Both the position numbers and the translations under genes were made by a program. The notes under the pieces are model-generated. The model ran no database searches and had not been told where the DNA came from. It saw nothing but the letters and a program-made list of their open reading frames with translations. From Gnetum montanum (Eukaryota > Plantae > Gnetophyta), in contig MNCI01000527.1 of NCBI GenBank assembly GCA_015680685.1, positions 1 through 64,000 of the forward strand: a stretch of 64,000 nucleotides of DNA. Reading direction: 5' to 3'. Positions 1 to 13,699 of the stretch are shown piece after piece. Each line of letters begins with the position of its first letter. The stretch's first letter is position 1.

Positions 1-1014
1 TATTTTATTTTAATCTTAAAATAATTAATTAATTAAATTAAAAAAAACATAATAAATAAAAAAACAAATGATCTATAGGCACTTAGCCTCTTGTGCACTA
101 TGTCACGCTATGATTGTGCTAGCCATGCATTGTGTGTTGATACTACTATAATTGCATTAGTTACACATTTTGCATTGATGGCATTGCAACTATGCTGGTC
201 GCACATCAATGGATGCTGGACAAGGCATGCCTTTCATGCTCCCATAGCTAGTAAATCCACATTATCTACCCCACATTGACATTTGCCCCAACATATTGTT
301 GTCATCATTAGTTCATATCATACATGTACCCAATTTTCTCTTTCATTTTTCCCCTTTCTTCCTTGCACACCAAAGCTTCCTCTAATGCTAAAATCCTTGT
401 GCATTAATCCTTACCTACAATAAACCAAAACCCTTACATGCTTGCATAGCTTACACTTCTTTGCACTGACCAAATCAATTCTACTCTCATATGCTACATA
501 GCCACCATTAGTCCCTAATCCTTGCATGCCTTATTGTACATCATGTGTTGATCATTAGCCCTTGCCATAACCCTAACCATTGCCACTACTGAGCATACTC
601 ATAGTGAAATCCTACCTTCTCTTTCATCATTTGTTAGGACCAAAATCCTTAAGTGTGTTATGTGTCAAACATTATGGCATGTCCACCAAAACCATGACAC
701 ACTATCAATGTTGCTAATTGTGCCTATAGTACCCTCTTGCTCTAGGTCTCGAGTGTGCAAATCTTGCACACAACACCAAAACCTTCCTTGTGCCAAAACC
801 ACATTGACATATACCACCATTCACATCCTCCCATCATGAACCCTCCAACAAAATTCTTACATATTTACTAACCATGTGTTTGTGCATCTTGTGCGACACA
901 TATTGGTGTACCTTGCATTGCACATGTTAGAATTCGTTATGACAACCATTGCCATTACCATACATCCTATTACATTTTTGATATTTTTACTTAACCAAGC
1001 CATCATTGACCATG

Positions 1015-3247
1015 CAATGTGAAGCAATTTCACTTCACAAATAAGTCACCTTCAATGCACTAAATCCAAATATTACATGAAGACAAATTCATTTGCTAGA
1101 AAATAAGAAAAAAAGCTATTTATTACTTAAATTATTCGAAGATTACAATAGGGTTCATATAACCCACAAGCATCCAAATACCTATAATACTTAAATGATA
1201 TTGTAGAGCATGAGGTTCTATAATCATACAATGGTTGTTCTTAATGCAATACATAACCAATAAAAATATCTTCCACAATTTGGAACTGAGATCTCAACTC
1301 ACAAGTAAATACAATAGAACATATAGATCAACACATCACAAGCTAATCTTGAAGCTAAAATCACCAATTGCACTCACCAAATGTGCTAGCCCACTCTCTC
1401 TGGCCCAACTCTTCACTCTCAAGAGTGCTTTCTCTTACTCTTGCTAGATACAAGCTTTCTTCTTGTACACTAGATCTCCTCTCTCTCTCTCAAGGATGGA
1501 TACATACATAATTATACATATTAAAAATCCTAGAAAGCATTCTAATTACTTTCTAGATGTTTCCCACAAGGATTTAGAGTCTTTTGAATGTTTCCTAATT
1601 AAAATGCCACATTGGACCATTTTTTTTCTTCATCGACATAGACATCTCTTGTTTCATGTAGACATCTACTATGAAAGCCATGCTTTCAAGAGAGATATCT
1701 ACTATTTTTGGTTGATGTCTACTTTGGTCTTGGGATGTCTACACTTCAGGAGAGATATCTCAGGTGAGACTTCTATGTTTCTAGGGAGGCATCTATCCTT
1801 TAGGTGCCAAAAAGTAAAAATGCTTGTTTTGATGCTAGGAGCCTTTAGATGCCTTCTAACAAGTTTACATAGACCTTGGAACCTCATAAACTCATCAAAA
1901 TAAGCCAAAAAAAACTTTCAAACATGCCAAAAATGTTGACCTTTTGGTATGTTAAAGCCTTAAGAAAAATGGAGAACAAGGATGTTTGTGTGGTTGTTGT
2001 GTTTATAGAACAAAAAGTGGACACCACAAGGATATGCTAGACATAAATGAAGACTCTAGGAATGAGAGATACATCAAGATATCAATGTGAAGACTACAAG
2101 GACTTAAGTGGAAGCAAGGAAAATAATGAAGACTACAAAAAAATGAGAAGTTCCCAAGATTAGGAAAGAGCCAAATCAATAATAAGAAAGCCTTGAGAAA
2201 CAAAGCCCCTAAGAAGATGTCTACAAGAAGCAAAATATGTCTTAGCTGAAGTATAGAAGAACCAGAGAAGACGTCTTGAAAAAATAGTAGATGTTTACCA
2301 ATAGCAGAAGACATCTACATGTAGACATTTCCTAGAAGATGTCTCCCTTGGATGTGAGATGCTTATCCAGAATTTAGGTATAAATAGTGAGATGTCCCAA
2401 TCTTGAAGAAGACATCACCCTTAGTTGTTAGATAGTCATTGCATAAATTCCAAGGTGATTTTGAAAGAATCAAGGCTATAAGAAAACTTCATTCTATTGG
2501 AGAATGTGCAAGTTTTGGTGTGCAAGCAAGTGTCAACATCAAGCAATCATTGTGCATATTATTCTATTGTATTTGTGTGCTTCATTGTACTACCTATTGT
2601 ACTGTAGTAGTGATCATTTGTGTTGTAACTCAAAGTACAAGGATCAGCAAATCAATTTCATCCTTTCCTTGTAATTTTTGTTTATTTTTTGTTGCCCCAT
2701 GGGGTTAATGTGCTTCTTGTGGGAAGGCATCATCCTTGAGCTTGTTGGGATCTTATGAGATTAAGTGTTAGTGTAGTTCCACAATACTCTAGAGTGGAGC
2801 TCAAGTTGTAAAGGTTATAGGATTTTGGAAACCACATTCTAAGCTTGTTAGGACCTTACAAGGTTGAGTGGATTTGTAGTGATGAACCACTTTACTGTGG
2901 AGCTTAGAGATATATAGGGTGTGGTATCTTTCAAACCACATTTTGAGAGGAACAAATTCTAGAGGTGTGCAAGTGATTTATCCTTCAAGTATGGAGTACT
3001 CAAGTTGGGTAACCACATAAAATTGTGTGTGCTTTGTGTGGCTGAATTTTCAATTTGGGGAACTTATTCATCCCTCATTTCTAAGTTCAATGATCATAAA
3101 AACATCCAAGAATCTTCATCATTAAAAATCAATTCAAGAAGGCATAAAAAATAGGAAAAACTCATCTAGGTATTCTTTAAGCGTGAATCCTGCAAAAACA
3201 ACTTATAGGACAAGCACAAGGGAATTGGAAGAGGTGTTCCTACATCA
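1015..3247 (-). mobile_element. Solo LTR of CRM/chromovirus-like Gypsy family A, interrupted by a family B solo LTR
   Basis: 1015-1933 plus 3099-3247 align by eye with 27768-28801 and 59339-60376. It ends in CATCA (3243-3247). Flanks CCATG (1010-1014) and CTATG (3248-3252) give a 4/5 TSD. There is no adjacent PBS or PPT. Confidence 0.8.
1934..3098 (+). mobile_element. Solo LTR of Copia family B nested in the family A solo LTR
   Basis: Reverse-complement homolog of the LTRs at 31166-32434 and 35806-37102 (starts TGTTGACC, ends GATCATA vs GATCCACA). Flanks AAAAA/AAAAC match the empty-site sequence GCCAAAACATC in the other A copies. Confidence 0.8.
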
Positions 3248-4349
3248 CTATGGCATGTATTGCATGTCATATAATGATACACTTGGCATCCATAACTAAG
3301 CATCTCTATCACTAGTTCCATCGATGTTTACTAGCACAATTATTATCTACATCCTATCCTCACCTTGCACCAAATCCTTGTCTTGCGTATGTAACTCACA
3401 AAAAAAAGTAGAGGTGGGGAGGGGGGTAGGGAAGAGGGGGAAGATACTAACCTTAACATCATTAGTGCTAGCTCTAGCTTTGCTGCCTTGACCTCCATGG
3501 TTTGCCTCCCACATGCTCTCTAGTGGATTCCACTTTTCTCGTCACCAAATATTTCTTATTCACTTCCTTCATGCATCATGATCCTTAACTACTCAAGAGC
3601 ATCCAAATAAAATGAGTGTGAGTGTGATTATGAGTAGAATTGTTTAGTTTAGTGTGAATTTATCTTTTATACCCTACACATATGGAATAGTGCATAATGA
3701 TATTAATTCTAGTATTATCATGACTACATATCTTAGTTTCATCACTACATTACTATTTCTATATTGTCGCATCACCATCCTATGTTGTTGTAATGTCTAC
3801 ATTTCCAAATGGTGTTGCTACATAACAAAGATGGTGTCTTTTCATAACTAATATTAAGATTAGTGGAACAAGACATGAAAAAGATAGTTGTAATTAAGAG
3901 TCAAAATGGTATGTTGTAGTAATAGACATGTCTCTTGAGGTTACTTTTGGAGATTTGACCTAAGGTATTTATACCCAAGAATTAGAGGTTGTATCATTAT
4001 GGAGTTGTGGAGCTAGTAAAGACAAATAATGGCTATTGTGTAAAGTATGATAAGAAAATTATTAGCCATTCCTTCTCGTTTTTTGTAGGCCTAACCATGA
4101 TCGTAGTGCTTGACTACCTTTAAGGAATAGATGCTAAAGGATGATAACCCCAAGGAACACTTAGAGCATGACCTAGATACACTATTCCTTATCAATAAAT
4201 CATTTTTCCTCTTTTATTTCATATTTTTCCTATTCTTTTCTTTATGCTTAATGTTGAATGTTACACATATTTGATATTTTCTATGTTATCTCCTATGTCT
4301 AATGCCTAATATAATGTATATTTGATGTTTTCCATAACATCTAGGAATA

Positions 4350-4373
4350 GGATGTCATATTTGGTATTAGAGA
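4350..4373 (+). other. Possible LTR end plus tRNA-Met-type PBS of a further decayed element
   Basis: GGATGTCATA-TT-TGGTATTAGAG resembles ...GTCACA-TGGTATCAGAGC. No partner LTR was identified. Confidence 0.3.
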
Positions 4374-5054
4374 AAACCATAATCCAAGGGTTGACTACAA
4401 CCTAATGATGAACCATGGAGCCATCACCTAGGGAGAGTTATGGATGATTACTATATGCACTATTTGTCTAAGATGATCCATGAAGATTTGATTATGCCTC
4501 ACCAAGATTCATCAAGTGTAAGAGACCTTGGTAAGACAAAGATACATCAATCCAGGTAACTCTTAAACATCTTGTAGTTATGTTAGAATGTTAATTAATT
4601 AATGTCATTATTAAGTTCCTCCTAGAACAATTTTAATCATGGCTTGACTCTATGTGTAGGGGCTTATGGCAGCCATGATGACATTGCTAGGCTTGACCTC
4701 TATGCTGCTTCTCTACATTGGGTGTCAATGTTGGTGCCATTTCTTTTCCTAACGGACAAGCATAAATAGTAGTAGCACTAGTAGTACCACCACACATGTC
4801 AAAGCAAATGGTAGTAGTGGGGCATGTAATTCCTCCCTTCCTATGTAGTTTCTCCTTCTAAGACTATTGGCATTGTTGTGCTATCACTAGTGCTCATGGT
4901 GTTATCATTGCAGGACTTGCTCATGCCACACATAGTTCTATTTTATGAGCACCTCCATCTTTGTGGTTTCCATCGGTGTCACCATTCTTCACCTTTCTTC
5001 GTGAGTTCAAAAAACTAAAAAAAAAATTATAGATAAAATATTTCATGAAATGGT

Positions 5055-5135
5055 AGCACTTCAAATAAAAATTTCATGATTAAGTGCACTCTCATACTAG
5101 AGTAGTATTGGGATGGGTGACCTCTTGGGAAGTTT
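5055..5135 (+). pseudogene. 5S rRNA-derived fragment (internal control region, box A to box C)
   Basis: TTAAGTGCACT...AGAGTAGTATTGGGATGGGTGACCTCTTGGGAAGT matches plant 5S GTTAAGCGTGCT...AGAGTAGTACTAGGATGGGTGACCTCCTGGGAAGT. The 5' and 3' ends of 5S are absent or degenerate. Confidence 0.75.
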
Positions 5136-7455
5136 TGTTTTTTGTGCCCAAACTTCTAAACTTCAAAAAGCTATAACTTTAAATTTCAGAAGCCTATTTT
5201 GATAAAAAAAAAAAAAAGTCATTTCCTATAGATTTTAATCTCTTGAACATAATGGTGAAGTTAGACCAGCCCCATAGAGCTTTCAAAATTAGCTTTTAAT
5301 CCTTGCCCAACCTAGTAATTTATGACCTTTATTGGCTCAATTTTTAGCATAAATTGGACATAGAATGTTCATTTCTAATACCTGCATAGTTATTTCAAAC
5401 ATTTTTCATTTTACTAAACTCAATGGTGATATCATTTCTAATACCTGCATAGTCATATTTATCATTTGGGCACTCAATAATTAGATGATATCTTAAATTA
5501 TACCTTAAGAGGCCATAACTTAGACTAACTAATAATGCCTAACAATAACAATTTAATTGTTGGGACTAATAAACTTAATCTCTTAGGTCATCTTGAGCCT
5601 TAAGAGTAAGTGCTTAACTTTTGTAGATAAGTAATCTTAGATTACTAATCCCTTAGGTGTCATTAGTGACATTGTCAGAGTCAGTGTCTTAAGAGGGAGG
5701 GGGTGGGGAGGGCAGGGGTAGAGAGGTCATTAAAAATCTAGGTAAGTAGCTATATGTTACCAATCCAAAATCAATTTATAAATTAGAATGATCAAGAAGA
5801 TGTATATCAATTTTTCATGCAATCAAAACATACAATAGAACAACATGAAGAATCATAATCTTGTTCCAACAAGGTGTATGATACCCATAAAGAGTAATGG
5901 TTCAGAAGAGAATCCAAGAATGAGAATGAAAGTTGCAAGATACAATGTGCCTACAAGATTTCTAACCAAGGAAAGACAACATCCTTTTTATCCACCATGG
6001 GCCTTATATTGGCATGAATATCAATATCCACATATCTTAGTAGAGTTATAAGATTTGGATGTTGATCTCTTATGCCTATAAGAAGTCTTACCATGGAAAT
6101 TCCTATACTAATTCTAACCAAACTTGAAAAAGATGTGATACAGAGGTATTTACAAGCAAAAAGGTTCCTATGAAATTTTTTATTTTGAGCCATATAAACT
6201 AGCCTATTATAGAAATCATAACATGAATCATTGAGTGATCTTTTATCAAGAAACAAAGCTTGTATTGGTACAAAGACTTGAATAGAGTTTAAAAGATATG
6301 ATTTTTGAAATCCTACAACTTTAAATCATTGGAAACAATCAAGATTCAAGAGAAGCTACATAGCCTTAACATTGATACTAAAAATTTAGTTATTAGGAAG
6401 ATGTGTATGTGTAGCTAAAGCACATTTAAATGTCAAATCAACATGTCCAAATGTTAGACTATTTCAAGGAGCATACTTGATTAAGAAAATAGAGGAAAGT
6501 TTGAAGAATAAATTATTCCTAAGCCATAGTAATATCAATCTAGTGCCATTTATATTTTATGAAAACTTTAATGCAAAATTTCGAAGTAGTTGAAAAAGTA
6601 AAATTTTCATCTATTGTGATATCGTAGCAATAATGTCACAACCCATGCTATGTCATTATTGATATGATATCTCAAGATGCATGAAACCCTATAAATATTT
6701 ACACTTATGTGCATGATCAACAACTTTTAATTCCAAGTCTTAAGGAAATTCTTACAGTTTATTTTCTTAGTTAGTGATAGAATGAATGCCCATAGTGTGA
6801 TGTTCCATAGTTGAATGGAATCTTTATTTGAGTGAAATGTACTTGGGCATAGTTCATAACTAAAAATAAATATTGAGATTACTTCTCATTATTACAACAT
6901 CCACTTAGTTTGCTATTTCACTTAGATTAATTTTCATGTTTACTTAGTTAACTCTTTATATTCTCAAAGTACTTTACTTTTGTTGTTGATTAGTAAAGTT
7001 GAATGAGTACAACTAGTTTTGAGTGCTTAAGTGTAATCATTTGGTAATCCTAGTAGTGTTATTACTTGGTTTGCCCAGTAGCATAACACTTGATAACCCA
7101 ATAATGGTTACATGAGTGTAAGCCATATACAGTAAACTAGGAATGGATACTTATCACTATAGGCTAGAATACATTTACATTCTTGTCATTACTTAGACTT
7201 AGCATTTAACTTCATTTATATTATGTTTACACTTGGGAGTAAAATGAACTATACAAAATCATTTAACATACACCTTAATACAAGTTAAACCATATGCTTA
7301 GTCTTCACTAACTCAAAGTGGAAGACAACGATCATGAAATCAATGTCACTTATTAGCATAATAACATTATCCATGTACAAATTACAATTTGGTCATGCAC
7401 TAGCACTTGTACTTGTATGGTAGAGTGTTGGGATTACTCCATCACTCATCATTGG

Positions 7456-7470
7456 TGGCATTTCTGGGGA
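7456..7470 (+). promoter_or_regulatory. Primer-binding site (tRNA-Asp type) of element D
   Basis: TGGCATTTCTGGGGA just after the LTR-like end CATCA; resembles the Athila PBS TGGCGCCGTTGCCGGGGA. Confidence 0.6.
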
Positions 7471-7596
7471 TGTGCTAATGTGTGCTAAGTAATTAATCTT
7501 AAAAATTTCATTGTATTAAGAACCATAAATTCATTCTTCATAATTTTTAAATAATCATAATAACACATACACTTAATCAATTGTCATACATATAAA

Positions 7597-10500
7597 ATGG
7601 CTTCAACTAAGAAAAAACTATCACCTACCAAAGAGTTACAAAGGGGCAATATAGAACAAATGATGATAAAGACTAGAGTATGCCTGTGCAAATAAGAATC
7701 TCATGCTCATAATGATCATTATTACTCCAATTTCACATTCATCTTTCACTAAGATGGGCAATTGAGGGAAAAAGACCTACATGATAACATTTTTTTTGCC
7801 TCCAAAGCATTCAACACCCATCATGCTTCCAATAACTTTAAGGGGAATGAATTTGAGTCATACATAAGAAGGATACCATGTGACCAAACACATGAAAACA
7901 TTCTATCAAACCATAAAAAAACATGTGTAGAGGAATGCTACTATGAAAATCAAACATGAGCATAACAAGGAAAAGAAGGTTAAATCTCCTATTATCCTAG
8001 AAGAACTTGATGGTGATGCATTTGTAGTAGAGAAACTTCACCAAGATCATGAAGTCCATTTCCCAACACCTACTATTCATCTAGAAGAACCTATCAAGGT
8101 GCAACTACATTCAACCTTTGCAGAGACACCTAAAAGAGAAGCAAAGGACTCTAAGTACAAGCAAGACTTAAGGCCTAGAGTTTCTATTGGATCACAAAGA
8201 GACAAACTCTAGAGTCATAGAAGGAGAACAGGTTGACAATATTCTCTAATTGCTTCATCTTCCTTCTCATAGTCATTGGTGCACTTTGATAGAAGGAAAC
8301 AAAGATATAGAGATTATGATAGAGAGAGATATTGGGTTCATGATAGACATGAGTATCACCAAAGACACCTTGATGAAGAAGATGAAGAACATGAACCATG
8401 AAGTAACAACCATGGCCTGCTAGGGCCAAAACTAGCAACATAGCCTACCACAATCTTAAACCGGCACCATGGTTTACTAAGACTTTAAACTAGCACCATG
8501 GCTTGTCAGGGCCTTATACTAGTAACACATGTAACCATTGGTGGCCAGATCTATTGAACTATTCTATGTACCCTTATGTATTTCATTATAACAACATGAT
8601 TTCTTTGCTTGATTTTCTTGTTCTCTTGGAGTTTTACTTGTAGGATAAAGCCTAAATTCATCATGGAGGTGCAACTCATCATGGTGGCAAGTCACCACAT
8701 GATCTCAATGCATAAGATTCAATGAGTTTTTCTTGTCATGCCAAGAGTATTTGTTCATATCATTTACATTACCATCCCATTAAGCCCAACCCTATAGCCT
8801 GATTATAACCTTCCTTACCTTGGATGATAATGTTGACTAATGTTCAACACTCATGCACTATGGCCATACAACATCCCTTTGTCATGCTTCACCATCAAGT
8901 CCATTGAATGTAATACACTTCATTCAATGGAAAACCATTTATTCCATCAATTGTAATACATCTTACTTGATAGGAAAATTAAATCAAAATAAACTTTAGC
9001 AAAGAAACACAATGAAGGTTTCACCCCACCAAAAAAAAACACAAAGGGGGAGCAAATTTCCAAGAATCAAAATACCCAAGAAAGCCTCAAAGGTCCAAAC
9101 CAATAGCTCCAAACATATAAAGGGAGAAGCCTAATGACCAACGAAGCCTTGGAGCTAAGTGTTGGGTCCTCAAACACATCTATTGAGTGACCAACTCTTC
9201 CAAAGATCAAATGTTGAAGATACCAATAGATCAACATGTTAGTGCCATAGCCATGATGTCAACATTTGGAATACATTGTTAGCCCTCATAACCATTTCCT
9301 TATGAACTCTTTACTAATTTCTTATCATAACCTTCTTCCATCATCACAAGCACTCTTGCGCATGGTTCAACACTACTAGATAAGGATGGAGAGGGAACAT
9401 TGGTGATGGACCTATAGTGGTGTTTTTTATTCTTTGTATATGTCTCTCAAGTCAATCCTCTAGACATCAAAAAAGAGGGGCTAATGAAACACCATCAAAT
9501 TTCATGTTGTAACCCTCATTTTCCAACTTGGGTCAAGGATTATTGTAAATGTGAGATATGTGGTCTTTGAGCTAAAATCTTGCATACTTCAAATTTCTGA
9601 GACCAAAAAATGCTTCAAAAGTAGTTATTTCCTTAGCTACTAAGTATAAATAGGTATCCCATGTCCATATTTAGGCTTGGGAATTCTAAAAATGCCTTTA
9701 GAATGGCTAAAAATAGCATTTTTAGGGGTTTTTGTAGGGGTATAACCCCAACTACGTTGGAGCTATTTTCAGTAGTCACTGTAACTACACTTTCAATAGT
9801 CATAGTAGCTAGCGTATTCACTATCAAGAGCCACCAAAATGGCAATGTTGGGATTGTTGGGATCTCCATTTTTTTCAAAAATAGCCAACATGATCACTCC
9901 ATGTCAGCAACGATCAACATAGACAACATTCTCCACCAAGCACAACACTCTTTGGTGGATCCCATCATTTCCATAGTTTCCAACTTTTTCCACATTTGCC
10001 ACCACTTTTACCATTTTCTAGCAACCTCAATGTAGTCCGCCAATGCCAAAATAGTAAGAATGGTATCAACATAGTAACAAAATTTTGTTCTCTATTTATA
10101 GTAAATGAATGATTTTTATGGTTGCAAGCCATTCCAAACATACTATAAAATGCAACTACACTAATAGTACATTACGTTTGCCTACTACTAGCATAGTGAA
10201 AGAACTACCAACATAGTTCCAAAATTTTATTTACTATTAATGGTAAATGGATGGATTTTGTCAATGTAGTCCATTCCAAACTTATCACAAATAGTAACTA
10301 CACTGATAGTAGGTGACCAACTACAATGACAATAGATTACTGTTGCAACTCATAATTAATGCCAATTTGTCAATAATCAATGGAAATCAATGGTAGTCCC
10401 AAAAATGAAAAGCCTATCCTATAAATATCCAACATCAATACCATAGAATGATGCCATAGAAGCACTTGGCATTTTTGCAACCTTTTGGCAACAACAACAT

Positions 10501-13500
10501 TTTTTCATTTTCTTACCACAATTGTCATTATAACCCTTGAAACTCAACTACACTTTCAGTAGTAGAAACTGGTAGTATGCTAGATGTAGAAACCCCCACA
10601 TAACTATCATTGCACTAAAAGTGTAAACCCAATCCCATTCCCATGTTGTAGACTTAGCGAAAACTAACGTTAAGTTGCAGAAAATTGAAGTTGGGAACAA
10701 ACCAGATCGTGGAGTAGGGCCTTCTTAAACAAACGTCAAGCATTGATAAGTAACTTCTTGTATCCTTGCCATGAACTTGCACATCATGAACCCAATTCTT
10801 GTATACTTTTTATAAATTTTGTTGTTCATGTTGTGCAAGTTTTAATTTCTATTTCCATTTCTACAGTTATTTCTATAACTACAATTTTGTTTCCATTTCT
10901 ATTTTTGGTAGGTCATTTCCATTCCTATTTTCATTCTCATTTCCATTTAATTTTCCATTTTTGTTCTCATTTTCACTTTTCAGTTTCACCTATGATCATG
11001 TTTTCATTTCCAAACCATTCCCATTTACACTCTGTAAGTCCTTGGCTGATCAACAAGACCATCTAAGGCACCCTAAATCCCATTTTCTGGAGGCCCTTGG
11101 GATTCAAGATCAAAATTCTTGTTGAGCTTAGATCTTTTAGCTCCCCATTCCAGTAATTAATATTTCTAGCTTCAATAGGCCCAACCATGTAAAGTGTTCT
11201 ATACTCATCCTGATAAGTGTGTGCTAGATTTCACTTCATCCTACATTAGGATGAACATTTGCGGTGGAGGAACATGGAGGGAAGCACTGCATTGCCATCT
11301 AATCAATCAATTCCTACAATGCTACTTCAAACTCTAATGAAATTGGGCATCTACAGGATTAATGTTAAATACATTGTGTAGGACCAAAACTATCAAGATT
11401 ATCATCACACTAAGGCATAACATAAGAAAGATTAGCAACAAGAGATGCATTATGAGGAATCAAAGGGGAAACTATTTAGAAATACCTTGTTCATGTCGGA
11501 CTAGAAGGAAGGTGAGGGTCCCTTCTCTATGGGTTCTCAAAACACTAACTCTCCTCCCTTCTTCTTTGATGAAGAAGGCCCTACAAATAATCCTAATTTG
11601 GGAAAGAATATGTTCCATGATCATGGAGGCTCCAAAGATGGGAATCAAGGTAGGAACATGGACAAGAACCATGATGTCAACAAGCATGATTATCATGATC
11701 ATGACTGAAGAAGAGAGGGTAGCAAGCACCATGCTAGTGTTGGATCTCCTTCCTCTTCATCTTTGACATCCTTATCTTCTTCCTCATCTAGCTTAGACCA
11801 AATCTATAGAGGACATGACCATGATGGAGGTGACCATCAGGACAGAGATGATCGTAGGGCCTGTTAGACCAATAGAGACCAAAAACATGGCTAATCAAGG
11901 GAGGTCTTCCACCACAAAAGAAGGGATAGTAGAGAACATCATAGGCATCATGGCCATAATAGGGGATATGATTATGATGAGCCTTTTCTTGCACCAAGGA
12001 ACATGCTAAACATTATAGAGGCCATATTTATTCCAATGAGGCATGTGAAAGATAGCAGGATCAAATGGTTAGATATGAACAATATTTCAAAGTTTAAAAT
12101 GAAATACAACTTAGATTCCAAAAATCATCTGTAAGCCTTTCAAAATTTCTATGCCTACCAGAACATTGAAAAAAATGACAAAAATTAAAGCTATTCCTAA
12201 GGATACTCATTAAGAAGGCCAAATATTGGTACCAATCCTTAGAATCAGAATCAATTAGATGATGGACTACAATGCCTAAACTCTTTAATGAGAAGTATTA
12301 GACATACTCGTGAGTGTCCAACCTTAGAATGTAGATTCAAGGGTGGAAACAAGGAACACATGAATCCTTGGATGCGACCATGGATAGATATTACTCTTTC
12401 TTGCATAGGTGCCCAAGCCATGGCTTTTCTCATAGGAAGAAACTCCACCATATCATAGATGGGCTCCAAATAGAAATTAGGAGAACTCTTGGGATCTATT
12501 CCCAATGGAGACTTTTAAAACTTAGAGTTCACAAAATTCAAAGGTTGATTGAGCAGGTGGCTAAAGAAGAAGGTGAGTTGTGAAAAAGGGAAAGTGTGGA
12601 GGAGTACAACTGGGATCCTTCCATCTAAAAAAGGAAAGTTTGATTCTATGACAATGAGGAGGAGGCACCACTTGATGAAGTAGTACAACGTAAAACCTTG
12701 TCAATCCAAAAATCTATTTCTAAAATATCAACCAATGTAGATAAAATGTGGAATTCTTTGAACAAAAAATTTCAAACTACCCTTAGAATTGTAGAAGAGT
12801 CCAAAGAGCAAGGTAGTGATCATGACTAAAGGAAAATGAAGGCTAAACATGCCCATTAAAAGAGTAAGGGCAAAGCTACTACCATTGAAGAGGTTGCATA
12901 ATCTAAAATAGAGGATGATGGCAAATGTAACATATACCAATATAAATATCCTAAGGGATGTTGGAAAATTGTGTCACACTTGTAGAAATCTAGCATGTAT
13001 ACATTGAATCCTAGATTGGAGAAAAGGCAAGCACCTAGGAAGTTGCTTATCCTTAAGGAAACTACAGGCAATTTCACCAACAACAAGCCTACTATCCAAG
13101 TGGAGCTCCACCCTAACCTCATGAGTAGTACTAGTAGTGGTAGCATTCATAGTTGTGAGGGATGCCACCACCAAAGAAATAGTACCCTTACTAATAGCCA
13201 AATCCCTATGGGTACTATGTTCAACAACCAATTTCTCCACATGGCTCTTTCAATCACACCTCCTTTCAGCACCACTACTACCCTCTTGAATATTACAAAG
13301 CTTAATCTCTAAGAGGGGAATCCACATTTTCATTCTACCCTCCTCATCCTTCTGCACCTGTACCTCCACCCTCAACTCAATTGTCATTAGCTTCATCCAT
13401 ATAGGATGAAATTCCTACCCAACTATAGCAAAGAAATGCCACAAGGGCTATTAACTTATAGCCAACCCCTCAACCAAGTGGGCTAGAGAACAAAACCCAA

Positions 13501-13600
13501 AAGACCTTTCTTTTGAACCAAAACCCTAAACCCTAAACACTTGCAATTGATGACCCTACTTCTCCCTCATCCTCTACAACCTCATTCGAGATCCATTTAA
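7597..13600 (+). pseudogene. gag: Degenerate gag of element D, interrupted at ~8405-11177
   Basis: ATG at 7597 downstream of the PBS, R/D/H-rich N-terminal segments, and capsid-like remnants at 12080-12580 (e.g. RYYSFLHRCPSHGF). Many stops and frameshifts. Confidence 0.6.
8405..11177 (+). mobile_element. 5'-truncated family C (Tat) fragment: minisatellite, 3' UTR, PPT and 3' LTR (9485-11177)
   Basis: 8525-9484 is homologous to 56650-57505. PPT AAAAAGAGGGG at ~9470-9480. The LTR starts TGAAACACC as at 38049 and 57506, and its end aligns with ...GTCCAACA. Confidence 0.8.
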
Positions 13601-13699
13601 ATCAAATGACTCCAAAGTACATATTGTAATGTTGAACCATGCAGTCATGGATTAGATTAGGGTTGATCACCTTCCCAAAAAATGATCTAATCCTAGGAG

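Noticed and set aside
1463-1903. 146-aa ORF, the longest in the track
   Set aside because: It lies in an LTR, is not open in the homologous LTR copies, and has no recognisable domain.
5055-5135. Functional 5S rRNA gene
   Set aside because: Termini are missing, there are several substitutions, and there is no tandem array; reported as a derived fragment only.
10743-11125. Phe/His/Ser-rich overlapping ORFs
   Set aside because: Translation of the TTTCAT-rich U5 region of LTR C.
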